DNA of 64,000 nucleotides. Origin: a virus. The notes below the pieces were generated by a model that had not been told where the DNA came from, did not search any database, and saw only the letters and a program-made list of their open reading frames with translations. Of the stretch, positions 9,255-18,556 are shown one piece after another (positions within the stretch are counted from its first letter, which is position 1; the number at the start of each line of letters is the position of its first letter). The DNA lies in IMG/VR virus record IMGVR_UViG_3300033153_008341. The stretch is one strand, 5' to 3'. A program made the position numbers and the translations under genes.

Positions 9255-9429
9255 GGAAACTAATTTAGTACTCAGGTATCAAGGTTATAGCCTAATTTGG
9301 ATTCCAGTAACAAAGTTCAACCCTTTATGGATTTTGTTTCTTATGTTGTTGGGTAAACAAGAAGTAGACAGTAAGATGGTATGGATTAAAATTAAACAAA
9401 AAGCAGTGATTGAAGGATGGAGACCATGA
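9235..9429 (+). CDS. small protein, paralog family (IWIPVTKFNPLWILFLMLLGKQEV)
   Basis: W.PV..FNPLWILFLML core, hybrid of subfamilies A and B. Confidence 0.55.
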   Translation: MKHSNLKETNLVLRYQGYSLIWIPVTKFNPLWILFLMLLGKQEVDSKMVWIKIKQKAVIEGWRP

Positions 9430-9866
9430 CGGAACGAAGGGGTAATATGTTTGATGTTTTAGGAACTGCGGATTATTTTCTTGTGACAACCAATTCAACC
9501 ATAAACCGCTTCGGAAACCTTGTGATGGGTAGAGGAGCAGCCAAACAGTTATGTGAGCATTGTCCAAAAGTAGCAAAAGCGTTAGGTGATAAGATTCGAG
9601 GATCGGATTATTATATACAAGACTCAGGATTATATGTGAAAAAATCAAGGCTTTGGGCGTTTCAAGTCAAAAGGTATTGGAAACAAAAGGCTAACCCTTT
9701 CTTAATCCGCACAGCTACCATGATTTTGATTGCTAAAGCAAAAAACAACCCAAGTAAAGAGTTCCACTTAAACTTCCCTGGTATTGGTAACGGCGGATTG
9801 CCTATAAATCAAGTATTACCAACGGTTCAAGAATTGCCAGATAATTGTTTTGTGTGGAGATGGTAG
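9417..9866 (+). CDS. macro-domain-like protein (putative ADP-ribose binding/processing)
   Basis: N-terminal FDVLGTADYFLVTTNSTINRFGNLVMGRGAAKQ resembles the macro motif GDIt.l.vDaIVNaAN..L.gGGGVdgAIhraAG. C-terminal NFPGIGNGGLP resembles macro AFPAISTGVYGYP. Confidence 0.4.
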   Translation: METMTERRGNMFDVLGTADYFLVTTNSTINRFGNLVMGRGAAKQLCEHCPKVAKALGDKIRGSDYYIQDSGLYVKKSRLWAFQVKRYWKQKANPFLIRTATMILIAKAKNNPSKEFHLNFPGIGNGGLPINQVLPTVQELPDNCFVWRW

Positions 9867-10758
9867 TGCTTCGTCTAAAATTATTGGCGGACCAAATGAA
9901 CTGTGTGTTAAGTGGTTCTCCTGAAGGTTACAGAAGGGCTATCTTAGTAGACAATATGTTACCGATATTTCAATCAAATCTAATTTTTGGTTTGTTTCTT
10001 GGTAGGTTAAGCCTTCTCCCTTCTATCAATGGGGTAGGTAAATATATAGGGAGCGGAAAAGTTGATGGATATAGCCTTGTGTACAACAGACTGGTTTTAC
10101 TCTGTTCAAGAAGGACAAAAAGGATTTAACAATGAAAATTCGAAAATTACCTGAGCAAGAGAAAAGAGTTGAAAGTGGACCAGTATGTTTTGGTGATGAC
10201 TGGCCAGGATTATTTTTGCGAGGTGATAGTTGCATTTGGGCTGTAACGGCTTTGAAAACAATTTTAGCAGAGACTAAATTTGCTTCTTTCATCGAGGAGA
10301 AGAATTTACAAGACCTAATAAAATACTTTGAAAGTCCATTGAGAAAGTTACCGGAAAGGAAAGTTGATGAACAAGGTTGAACAGGGAATGGCAGATATCT
10401 TGGGTGGGTTATGTATCATTCGCTCAGCAGTCAAAATGCTCAAAGTTTGGAATGAACAAGATTTAGAGGTATTTGAACGGTTGATGATAGAAGGCAAGAA
10501 AAAAATTACTGCGGGGGAAAAGCTTATAGGAGAAGCTGATGGACGAGAGAATCTTCAAGGCAAGGTTCGAGACGGAAGTGTTGGATGGAGAAGTAGTGAG
10601 TCCATTCAAGAAGAAAGAGACAGAGAGGGAGTACCAGCAGTATAGACAAGATCATATTCAAGGCGCAGATGAAGTGAGTGGAAGTATCAGACCAGACGCA
10701 AAGAAAAATTTCAAACGTATAATGCACGAACTTCGAAAAGGAAGGTAACAAGGAAACT

Positions 10759-11118
10759 ATGAAAAAGAGATCATTTGCTCGAACATATTGGCCTGCTACA
10801 ATTCCGTTAGCTCTGTTGGTAGTTATATATTTCGTGCTTTTCCCGCCAACGATCAAACATTCCGAACCGGAAGAATGGCACCCACCGAAAAAGGAAAAAA
10901 CATGGGATGCGGTAATTATTGACAAACGTAAGAAAGGGGATGTATCTTACTATATGATAGTTCGCAGGGAATCGGGTAGTGGAACTGGCTTTGTTGACTC
11001 TATCCATACCGCGAATGTAACTATTTACACCAGCTTTGGGCGTCATGATAGCGTAAGAATGTATGAAGATAGGCACGTAGCATCATATTGGAAAGCGGGC
11101 TATGGAATTGGAAAATAG
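10759..11118 (+). CDS. hypothetical protein with N-terminal TM/signal segment (119 aa)
   Basis: WPATIPLALLVVIYFVLF hydrophobic segment. Confidence 0.45.
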   Translation: MKKRSFARTYWPATIPLALLVVIYFVLFPPTIKHSEPEEWHPPKKEKTWDAVIIDKRKKGDVSYYMIVRRESGSGTGFVDSIHTANVTIYTSFGRHDSVRMYEDRHVASYWKAGYGIGK

Positions 11119-11323
11119 TATAACACAACACCTAACAATGATAGACCCAAAAGGAGATTGGGCAGATATCCTTTGGAGAGTATCACCTAACCCTGCAAAT
11201 TGGCAAGTTTTGTTTTTGTATCATCCTGTCTTTTACTTATTTTTAGGTACACTTGATAGAAGATATGAGGACACACATGTTTTTAACCTTTGTGTGAGAA
11301 TAGGAGAAAGATATGGTATATGA
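11102..11323 (+). CDS. small protein, probable paralog family member (ILWRVSPNPANWQVLFLYHPVFYLFLGTLD)
   Basis: W..SPNP...W..LFLYHPVFYLFLG resembles the family core. Confidence 0.4.
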   Translation: MELENSITQHLTMIDPKGDWADILWRVSPNPANWQVLFLYHPVFYLFLGTLDRRYEDTHVFNLCVRIGERYGI

Positions 11324-11696
11324 GTTAGTAGGCATCGTAGAGAATCGTGGGGTTTGGTTGAATGGAGAAAAGTTAGACCCGAAGGAAAGTTTGCAACACC
11401 GAAACCATAGTTCAGATGGGTTTAATTGGGGTTATTTAGGCTCAGGCCCAAGTCAGTTAGCCTTAGCTGTCGCGTTGAAGTTGTTTGATAAATACACAGC
11501 CTTAGCGAACTACCCAAGGTTAAAGGAGCAAATAATATCCCACTTAGATAGAGAGAAATGTTTTGTTATACGGTTTGAAGTGGCCGGACTTTCACATGCA
11601 GAAGGTTGGCGAGCTAACTTTGTAGTAATAAGTTTAATCCTCTACCCTTCAATGGAAAAGTTAAGAGCATCAATGACAAATAATTATGTCTATTAA
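11313..11696 (+). CDS. hypothetical protein (127 aa)
   Basis: ORF in the gene array; no recognisable motif. Confidence 0.4.
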   Translation: MVYELVGIVENRGVWLNGEKLDPKESLQHRNHSSDGFNWGYLGSGPSQLALAVALKLFDKYTALANYPRLKEQIISHLDREKCFVIRFEVAGLSHAEGWRANFVVISLILYPSMEKLRASMTNNYVY

Positions 11697-11948
11697 GTTA
11701 GAAAGAGAAACTGCCGAGTTAAAGTGGTTAGGGGCTAAGTCTAATGAAATTTTGATAAGGGTAAGAGAAATAAAGATAGCGTCAAGAATACCGATAAGTT
11801 TACAAATACAAGAAACGTTCAAGCTCAAAAAAGTTGAAGTCTATGTGAGTAGGTTAGATTTTGTGTTTGGTGATTACGCTAAGAGAGTTTACACCAATCG
11901 AACCTTCTTCTTCTGGCTTTTAGCTCTTGAGGGTTATAGAGGAACACA

Positions 11949-12269
11949 ATGGCAACCGTAAAATCAGGCTACACAATGAGAAAATGCACCGTTTGTTTAA
12001 AGAAACGGAAAAATACAAGATTTGGTGGAATAGTTATTTACCAAGTAATTGAAGCCAGGAAACGGTTAAAAATTAAAGATGACACAGAGATAGGATGGAA
12101 TGGATATGTTTGTCCCTCCTGTATTGAGCTTGTTAAATCTGTGGGTGAGGAGCTTCTTAAGAAAGGTCGTAAGCCGACCAAAGTGGTCAAAAAGCCTAAG
12201 TCCAGAGGACAAAGAATGGCTGAAAACAATAACAATCTTACCAGAGGAGAAAGATTAAACACCAAGTAA
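11949..12269 (+). CDS. zinc-ribbon protein with basic C-terminal tail (106 aa)
   Basis: CTVC ... CPSC (C-x2-C ... C-x2-C) plus a lysine-rich tail KKGRKPTKVVKKPKSRG. Confidence 0.5.
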   Translation: MATVKSGYTMRKCTVCLKKRKNTRFGGIVIYQVIEARKRLKIKDDTEIGWNGYVCPSCIELVKSVGEELLKKGRKPTKVVKKPKSRGQRMAENNNNLTRGERLNTK

Positions 12270-12499
12270 CTAACTCAAACCTTCGCCGGGAAAGGACAAC
12301 GGATGGAATTTCTCATTATTCATCGGACGCAAAATTCAGGTAAATTAGGGTTGACAATCGTTGAAGCCGATTCGCAAGTACCCGCCATCATTGCAGTAGC
12401 ATCAAGTTTGGACAAGAGTGATGACGTTGTAGAATTGGAAGCAATAGATTTGTCTGAAATACCCAAGATTGAAATGAAAGATTTGAGAGGGAAAAGTTA

Positions 12500-13021
12500 A
12501 TGTCGCAAGAAATGCACATCCATGTCATGGAAGGTATGGAAGAAGAAGATTTACGGACTTTCTTCGGTCTAACTGTAGGTAGTAAATACAGTATAACATT
12601 AGAAGCAGAGAATTACATCAAAAAACTTGACACCGATGATCCTTCAAAGTGGACAACTGAACAATCTGAAAAAGTAACAACCTTAATAGAAAAAGGACAA
12701 AAACAATACCCTGAAGTTATGAGTAAGTATGACAGTGCTTTCGCCAAAGTCTCTAACACCCCCAACACAAGGATTGGGGAAGTTAACTGGGTTACAGCAG
12801 CAGCGACCAAAAATTTTAAGGCTTTCGTTCCGACAGCAATTGCAATGATAAGTGAGTTAATTGGTGAAGAATTGCCTATCTTGGATAACGAGCTGGAAAG
12901 GAGAATTGTTGAAGCGCTGAAAAAAGAAAATATTACACACTATTCGCTTACCCCTGAAAGAGCATTAGCTTCATTTTTAGCTTCTCACAAGGGTAAGAAA
13001 CTGTTTATCGTTAACTGGTAG
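12500..13021 (+). CDS. hypothetical protein (173 aa)
   Basis: ORF with overlapping start (TAATG). Confidence 0.5.
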   Translation: MSQEMHIHVMEGMEEEDLRTFFGLTVGSKYSITLEAENYIKKLDTDDPSKWTTEQSEKVTTLIEKGQKQYPEVMSKYDSAFAKVSNTPNTRIGEVNWVTAAATKNFKAFVPTAIAMISELIGEELPILDNELERRIVEALKKENITHYSLTPERALASFLASHKGKKLFIVNW

Positions 13022-13029
13022 GAAAGGAA

Positions 13030-13278
13030 ATGGAGACAACGAAGATTTTCAAAAAAGCTGTGTTCTGGGTTATGGCCGTAGTATGTTCAATGTTTCTATG
13101 GCATTTCTCAGGCGTATTCATCTATGATACTTCAACTGGGAACTTTCTCCTGGGCTTAGCCCTTGTACTTTGCTTGGTATTCTTTTGGGGGTACCAACTT
13201 ATAAGGTTGTTAGCTTGGGTTAATTCAATATGCAGCACAAACGAAAAGGAAAAGAAAGATGCGAAGAGCGAAAATTAG
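13030..13278 (+). CDS. small membrane protein (82 aa, 2 TM)
   Basis: Two hydrophobic helices. Immediately upstream of, and overlapping, the SPFH gene. Confidence 0.5.
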   Translation: METTKIFKKAVFWVMAVVCSMFLWHFSGVFIYDTSTGNFLLGLALVLCLVFFWGYQLIRLLAWVNSICSTNEKEKKDAKSEN

Positions 13279-14251
13279 TTTGCTCTGTTTAATTGTGCTT
13301 CTTGTGACTTTTGCTGGTTGCACAAAAATTGAACCAGGATACGCGGGTATCGTCGTCAACGAATGGGGCGGTGATCGTGGTGTTCAAGAATATGTGGTTC
13401 GTACTGGTAAGGTATGGTACAACCCTTTTACCCAAACCGTAATCGACTGGCCTATACAGGTGCAAAGATCCGTATGGACTAAGAGTGCCAAAGAAGGCTC
13501 GGAAGATAACGAAGAAATTAAGTTTAATGATGAGAACGGATTAGGAATCTCCGCTGATATTGCTTATGCCTTTGAGTGGAGAAAGAGTCGTTTGCCTTAT
13601 TACTACGTAAAATTCCGAGACAAAACCGTTACCGAGTTTATGGATGAGTATGCAAGGGACCGTGTTCGAGAGTACATATCCAATATTGCCAGTACGTACT
13701 CAGTTGAGGATCTATTACGACTAAAGGGACAAGTAGCGATGGAAGCGTTGGATTCCATAAACCATCATTTTGCTCACATGGAATATGAAGAAACCGACGA
13801 CAATGGTATAACTACCCTTGATACTATCGACATCGGCGTCCACTTCACAGCCTTAGGTTTTATTGGTGAACTTCGTCCACCGGATAAAGTGATTCAAATG
13901 ATTGAGGATAAGATTAGTGCCACTCAATTAGCGTTGAAAGCTGAAAATGAAGTTCAAACTAAGAAGGCTTTGGCTGAACAAATGGTGGTAACGGCACGAG
14001 GAAAAGCTGACGCCCAAATTGAGAAAGCAAGAGGAGAAGCAGAAGCTCAAATTGAACGTAAAAGAGGTGAAGCAGAGGGAAATAGACTCTTAGCCGCCTC
14101 AATTACTTCAAACTTAGTTACATGGCGTAGAATTGACGTACAGCACGCTACAATTGAAAAATGGGCTGGACAAGTCCCTCAGTTTGTAAATGGGGGTGAT
14201 GGCAATGGTGGTGGAATAATCTTCCAACTGTTGCAACCGTCCACCCCTTAA
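13259..14251 (+). CDS. SPFH/band-7 (prohibitin/HflK-C-like) domain lipoprotein
   Basis: Signal peptide with lipobox LLVTFAGC. SPFH core EPGYAGIVVNEWGGDRGVQEYVVRTGKVWYNPFTQTVIDWPIQVQ. C-terminal Ala/Glu-rich coiled coil ARGKADAQIEKARGEAEAQIERKRGEAEGNRLLA, typical of HflK/C and stomatin relatives. Confidence 0.8.
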   Translation: MRRAKISLLCLIVLLVTFAGCTKIEPGYAGIVVNEWGGDRGVQEYVVRTGKVWYNPFTQTVIDWPIQVQRSVWTKSAKEGSEDNEEIKFNDENGLGISADIAYAFEWRKSRLPYYYVKFRDKTVTEFMDEYARDRVREYISNIASTYSVEDLLRLKGQVAMEALDSINHHFAHMEYEETDDNGITTLDTIDIGVHFTALGFIGELRPPDKVIQMIEDKISATQLALKAENEVQTKKALAEQMVVTARGKADAQIEKARGEAEAQIERKRGEAEGNRLLAASITSNLVTWRRIDVQHATIEKWAGQVPQFVNGGDGNGGGIIFQLLQPSTP

Positions 14252-14280
14252 TATATGTCTAAAAGGCGTAGATTAACCAT

Positions 14281-14574
14281 TTGGCGAGGTTCTTAAGAAG
14301 AACTTTAGGAAATGTCTATTATTCATGTGAAATTGAGGCGGGCAAATTAACTATGTCCATGGTTATTCCATTGCCCGTCTCACATTCAAAAGAGGAAGAT
14401 ATGTCAGACAAAGGAAGTGGTTTTAAGTGGTTTATCCATGAAATGGGATTGGTAGTTCTTATAATTGTCATTTCACAATTATGCTTTTTCGGAGGCCTTA
14501 ACCTTCTGGGTGTAGTGTTGCTTGTTGTCGGTGGTGTCTTAGGGTTTTACAGATTTACCCATTGGGATTGGTAA
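14281..14574 (+). CDS. small membrane protein downstream of the SPFH gene (possible NfeD-like partner)
   Basis: Two C-terminal TM helices (LVVLIIVISQLCFFGG, LLGVVLLVVGGVLGF). SPFH genes are commonly paired with membrane partners. Confidence 0.4.
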   Translation: MARFLRRTLGNVYYSCEIEAGKLTMSMVIPLPVSHSKEEDMSDKGSGFKWFIHEMGLVVLIIVISQLCFFGGLNLLGVVLLVVGGVLGFYRFTHWDW

Positions 14575-14864
14575 TGAACTTCTTTACCGACAGACTATGG
14601 TTAGATTTATTAGGTTCTGATGGTGAAGTGTATGAAATTGTAGCAATCAAGTATAAAGCTGAAACATTTACACAAATATGGAAAAGAGAAGGATGTGGGG
14701 CAACCTTAGTTGCCGAAAGCAATGCAAAACATAAACTTTATGAGTGCTTATTTTGCCATAATCCGATAGATCGCACAGATTTCAAAGACGAAGTGTCAAT
14801 GAGGGAATTTTGGATAAGCGGTTTGTGCGCCGCTTGTCAAGAAACTATTTTTAAGAAGGGTTAA
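14562..14864 (+). CDS. zinc-ribbon protein (100 aa)
   Basis: CLFCHNP...CAAC (C-x2-C...C-x2-C). Confidence 0.45.
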   Translation: MGLVMNFFTDRLWLDLLGSDGEVYEIVAIKYKAETFTQIWKREGCGATLVAESNAKHKLYECLFCHNPIDRTDFKDEVSMREFWISGLCAACQETIFKKG

Positions 14865-15384
14865 ACTATGAAAGAAAAAGGAATGTAACAATGCCTTACT
14901 TAGAAAGGAAAGAAGATGATTATTGAAAAACTTAACATCAGTAGTCTTTCCGAACGGGTAAGGGGTGAATTTGTACATGGGGATTCAGGTCCAATGTGCC
15001 TGAAACGCATAGGCAACACAGTTTATGCAATAATGATGCGCAGGGGTTCGTTTGAAATTTTTTACCCCTTTCCTGGAAAGAAAGAACCAATGTCTACGTT
15101 TCGTAAGTTAACAGACGTAGTAGAATTTTTAGAGAATATGGAAGTCGTCAGAGTTCTAAGTGAAGACTTAGACGATGAAATATTAGAAAGTTGAGAAGTT
15201 TATGCTCTTATTTTTGTCAGAAGCACAACAAGATCAGATTGAATCCTTCTTGAGAGAAGGTTTAATTACTGATGGTAACCACCACAAACAGTGGTATTTA
15301 GCTCAAATCACTAAAATATTAGCTCCTCAACTTCATATTGAAGATGAGGGAATTCCACCTTAACTTTAACTGAAAGGTCGTCCC

Positions 15385-15666
15385 ATGAAAGTAGTTGTGG
15401 ACGTAAAAGAAACAGAGATCGGCGGATTGCTAAGAAGGTATGGCAATCTAAAACTATTGGAAGGGAAGGCTCCAATGGTTATCCGACGTAAGGTGCATGT
15501 CAAAGCTAACAAATCCAACATACGTTGGACAAAGGCCAACGACAGAACCTTGGAAAAAGCAGTTGCCAAAGGCTTGTCACAAAAAGACATTGCCAAAAAA
15601 CTCAAACGTACCGTTTCGTCCATTGCGTTTCGTAAGCGGAATTTGGGCTTAAACAAACGGAGATAA
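15385..15666 (+). CDS. helix-turn-helix DNA-binding protein (93 aa)
   Basis: RWTKANDRTLEKAVAKGLSQKDIAKKLKRTVSSIAFR resembles the sigma-region-4/GcrA-like HTH (W..E...L......G.S...IA..L.RT). Confidence 0.45.
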   Translation: MKVVVDVKETEIGGLLRRYGNLKLLEGKAPMVIRRKVHVKANKSNIRWTKANDRTLEKAVAKGLSQKDIAKKLKRTVSSIAFRKRNLGLNKRR

Positions 15667-16262
15667 AGGAAAAGGGAGTCGAGGGAAACTTCGGCTCCCT
15701 AACTTAAGAGGTAGTATGTGAATAGATCAGATTTAAGGCTCTTGGAAAATTGTATGATGTGTAACCTTTCCGATAAAGAAGCAACTATTTACGTCACATT
15801 CCCTAACGGACTATTTAAGGCTATTTACTTCGTTCCAATACGACTCCTTGCACTCTATCTGTTGATAGGAAAACACCCTATGGAAGCTTTCCATACTACT
15901 GTTTATGGTAGGATTGTTTGGATAGAAAATTCAACACCAAGACCTTCACGTCTTGATGACACTCTAACATCAAATGGAATAACTTATATCCCATAAGGGT
16001 TTCGCTATTATGCAATTACCAATTCAAAGTGAAATAAACATGGTAGCAAATTGGGTGGGAGATGTTAAAGGATGTGACGGAACAAATTTGACTGGATGGA
16101 TGACATGGTCAGGATTAGAAAAAGGATGGGTACCAAGTGCTTTGAAAGTTGGAAATTCTAACTTTATCATTTTCTTGTTAGTTTGTTTCTGTAGGTCCGG
16201 TGGTGATTGTAAAGGGTGGGGTTACACAAAACTTACGGGACTTTTCCAAAGAGTGACTAAAG

Positions 16263-16502
16263 ATGCCAAAATGTAGACATAACATTGATGTAACAGATGA
16301 AATGAAACACCTTGAAGTTGCTTATAAACCCCACCAGTTTAAAGAATGGTTGAAATTTTTATGTACCATGAAAAACCCTCTTTTTTGCTACTTTATTCTC
16401 GTAATGGAGTGGGTTGAACCAGATATGAACACTACATACTTATTCACTGACGATAAATTATTCAATATAGCCAGGAAGGCGTATAATGACAAAAGGTCTT
16501 AA
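16263..16502 (+). CDS. small protein, paralog family (EWLKFLCTMKNPLFCYFILVMEWVE)
   Basis: EWL.F.....NPLF.YFILV core. Confidence 0.5.
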   Translation: MPKCRHNIDVTDEMKHLEVAYKPHQFKEWLKFLCTMKNPLFCYFILVMEWVEPDMNTTYLFTDDKLFNIARKAYNDKRS

Positions 16503-17118
16503 ACAATCACCAAACTATTCGGTAATGCCAATCGGGTTTGATTGGAACGAATTTCGAAGGTTAACCAGCGAAAGAATAACCACGAACCGTATGCACCAGA
16601 CAGAGATATTACAACAAATTCATCCACACTTGGGTGTTATCGACTCTAAAACAAGAACTTTACGGGGGAATGTTGCAGCAAAAAAAACTCGGCAATTTAT
16701 ACAATCGTCAGAGACTTCGGAATTAGGCTTTCATGTAATCCATTACGTTGACTGGAGATTAGGTAGATGCTTTATACCAAATTCCGGTAAAGATTTTGTG
16801 TTCCCTTTGGATATCAATTTATTGAAAAGCCTAACATTGCGTAACATAAATCGAGTCCAAACAGCTATGTACGAAAGTTGGGCTGAATGTTTTACAGGGA
16901 TAGTTAAACTATTCACTATGGCAACTCCACGAGAAAAACAATTCAGTCTCGAAAGGTGGATAGAAAAATGTGCAGGAAATAAGGAAGAAGCGTTACACTT
17001 TGTCGTGCAGAAAACAATTCTAGAGTTTGATCCAGAGGATTTAGTGGCCACTCCCAGAAACATGAATTTAAGAGACAAGGGAGGTGTCCACAAAGTTCAA
17101 CCTAAGAAACCTTTTTGA
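16486..17118 (+). CDS. hypothetical protein (210 aa)
   Basis: Long ORF; no recognisable motif. Confidence 0.5.
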   Translation: MTKGLKQSPNYSVMPIGFDWNEFRRLTSERITTNRMHQTEILQQIHPHLGVIDSKTRTLRGNVAAKKTRQFIQSSETSELGFHVIHYVDWRLGRCFIPNSGKDFVFPLDINLLKSLTLRNINRVQTAMYESWAECFTGIVKLFTMATPREKQFSLERWIEKCAGNKEEALHFVVQKTILEFDPEDLVATPRNMNLRDKGGVHKVQPKKPF

Positions 17119-17381
17119 GGGGTTCACCACGTATTTCGCTCATAAATGGCTAAGTGTACGGGAGTGAAGTCCTTTCAACCTTTCACCTTCGCTTCCGTAT
17201 TACTTAGTCGCCAAATGGTCGCGTGAAACTTTCACTTGCTTCGTTTCGCGTGTGTCTTGCTTCGTTTCGCGTGTGTCATGTAAAACCGAATTCCGTGCGG
17301 TAAGAATGGGCAGAAAAATTTTGGAGCGAAAAATTACATAAATCGGAAAAGGCAAAGAAAAAACGGCCAGGAAAAAAAATT
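17119..17381. promoter_or_regulatory. 262-bp non-coding region with a 21-bp tandem repeat and a palindrome (candidate regulatory region or origin)
   Basis: Largest ORF-free gap in the plus-strand array. Contains the palindrome GTGAAAcTTTCAC (17223-17235), a perfect tandem duplication CTTGCTTCGTTTCGCGTGTGT x2 (17235-17276), recurring TCGCGTG and CCTTTCA words, and an A-rich tract before the next gene. Confidence 0.45.
17235..17276. repeat. perfect 21-bp direct tandem repeat (2 copies)
   Basis: cttgcttcgtttcgcgtgtgt repeated head-to-tail. Confidence 0.9.
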
Positions 17382-18227
17382 ATGAGAAGAATAACACTTA
17401 GACAACTTCAAGCAATTGGTAGGAAGTTTTGTAAAATAAACGCATCTCCCGCCAGATATTATAATAAAAAAGTAGGGGAATTGATTATAAAAAGAAACTG
17501 TAGTGCTGGGGTGAATTCAAGCTACTTTGTTAAGTACAAAGGGTATGAAGTATTTGTCAAGAACTGTGAAGACTATAGATACAGTGAGCAAACAGAGCTG
17601 AACTATTCTATATTAAATGAAATATTAGGCTTCTCAATTGTACCTAAAACAATCTTAGTCCCAGATACAAAAATAATAGTCCAAGAAAAAGTATCTGGTA
17701 GAACCTTTGCACGCTTAGAGTGGGTAACAGACCGCACAAGAAAACAAAGACAAAAAAGTATAAAGGACTTTCTTAAATCCCAAAACCTTTCAGAGTGGAT
17801 TTTCTTAGATGGGTTATTTTACAGTTCAGACAGACATTCCAACAACATGATGTATTCTTTTCGAAACAAGGTCTTTAGAGTTTGGTTAATAGACAATGGG
17901 TTTTCTTTACACACAAATAACAGATATTGGGATGATGGGGAACTCGAAAGTATAATAGATAACCATGACATAAATAACCCATTCAAAAATTGGAAATTTC
18001 ATCCTAAAACACAAAAGTCGATAACAAATTGGCTCTTATCCTTTGGTCCTAAGCCATTCACTGTTAAATGGAAAAGAGTTTTTTTAATTGAGATGACAAA
18101 CCTGTTAAATTTAAGAAAAGCTCCTACGGGATATAATCGATTTGAATCGTTCAAAGCAGGAATGAAAAGGATTCAACATATGTACAAATCAAAATTCACC
18201 TCAATACAAGGAGATAAATATAGGTGA
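17382..18227 (+). CDS. PI3K/PI4K-like atypical protein/lipid kinase domain protein
   Basis: Catalytic-loop-like YSSDRHSNNMMY (compare PI3K GDRHsdNIM, DRHxxN) followed by LIDNGFS (compare IDFGH metal-binding motif). Upstream G-rich loop, EVFVKNC (VAIK-like Lys) and ELNYSILNEILG (alpha-C Glu) are in kinase-typical order. Confidence 0.55.
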   Translation: MRRITLRQLQAIGRKFCKINASPARYYNKKVGELIIKRNCSAGVNSSYFVKYKGYEVFVKNCEDYRYSEQTELNYSILNEILGFSIVPKTILVPDTKIIVQEKVSGRTFARLEWVTDRTRKQRQKSIKDFLKSQNLSEWIFLDGLFYSSDRHSNNMMYSFRNKVFRVWLIDNGFSLHTNNRYWDDGELESIIDNHDINNPFKNWKFHPKTQKSITNWLLSFGPKPFTVKWKRVFLIEMTNLLNLRKAPTGYNRFESFKAGMKRIQHMYKSKFTSIQGDKYR

Positions 18228-18231
18228 AAAA

Positions 18232-18555
18232 ATGGTAAGAAAAAAGAAACCAAAGTTTGATATCAAAAAATTAGCTGTCATTTGGGCTTTGCAGTCTGTA
18301 GATTTTAAGGAATTATTGGTATTGGATATTTTACAAATTGAAAGGGGGCGAGGAATTATTGGTAAAAAGAGAGATGCGCTAAGAAACGGATTCATCCCAA
18401 AAGAAGCTCGTATCTTAGAAGATTTTAGGAATGTACCAATAGGAAAGATTGAAGGTTATTACAAAAAACTAACACAGATTCCTTGGTACAAATTAGAGGC
18501 GTTTAGAAAACAATATCGACTAATACAAACACTCTTTAAAGAAGGGGCAATTTAA
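18232..18555 (+). CDS. hypothetical protein (107 aa)
   Basis: ORF directly downstream of the kinase gene. Confidence 0.45.
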   Translation: MVRKKKPKFDIKKLAVIWALQSVDFKELLVLDILQIERGRGIIGKKRDALRNGFIPKEARILEDFRNVPIGKIEGYYKKLTQIPWYKLEAFRKQYRLIQTLFKEGAI

Positions 18556-18556
18556 T

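Noticed and set aside
9325-10925. Minus-strand ORFs inside the plus-strand array (9325..9648, 10026..10292, 10524..10925, 10807..11076, 16743..17093)
   Set aside because: They are antisense to better-supported plus-strand genes, lack RBS-like sites and have no motif content. All other genes in 1-34 kb are plus-strand.
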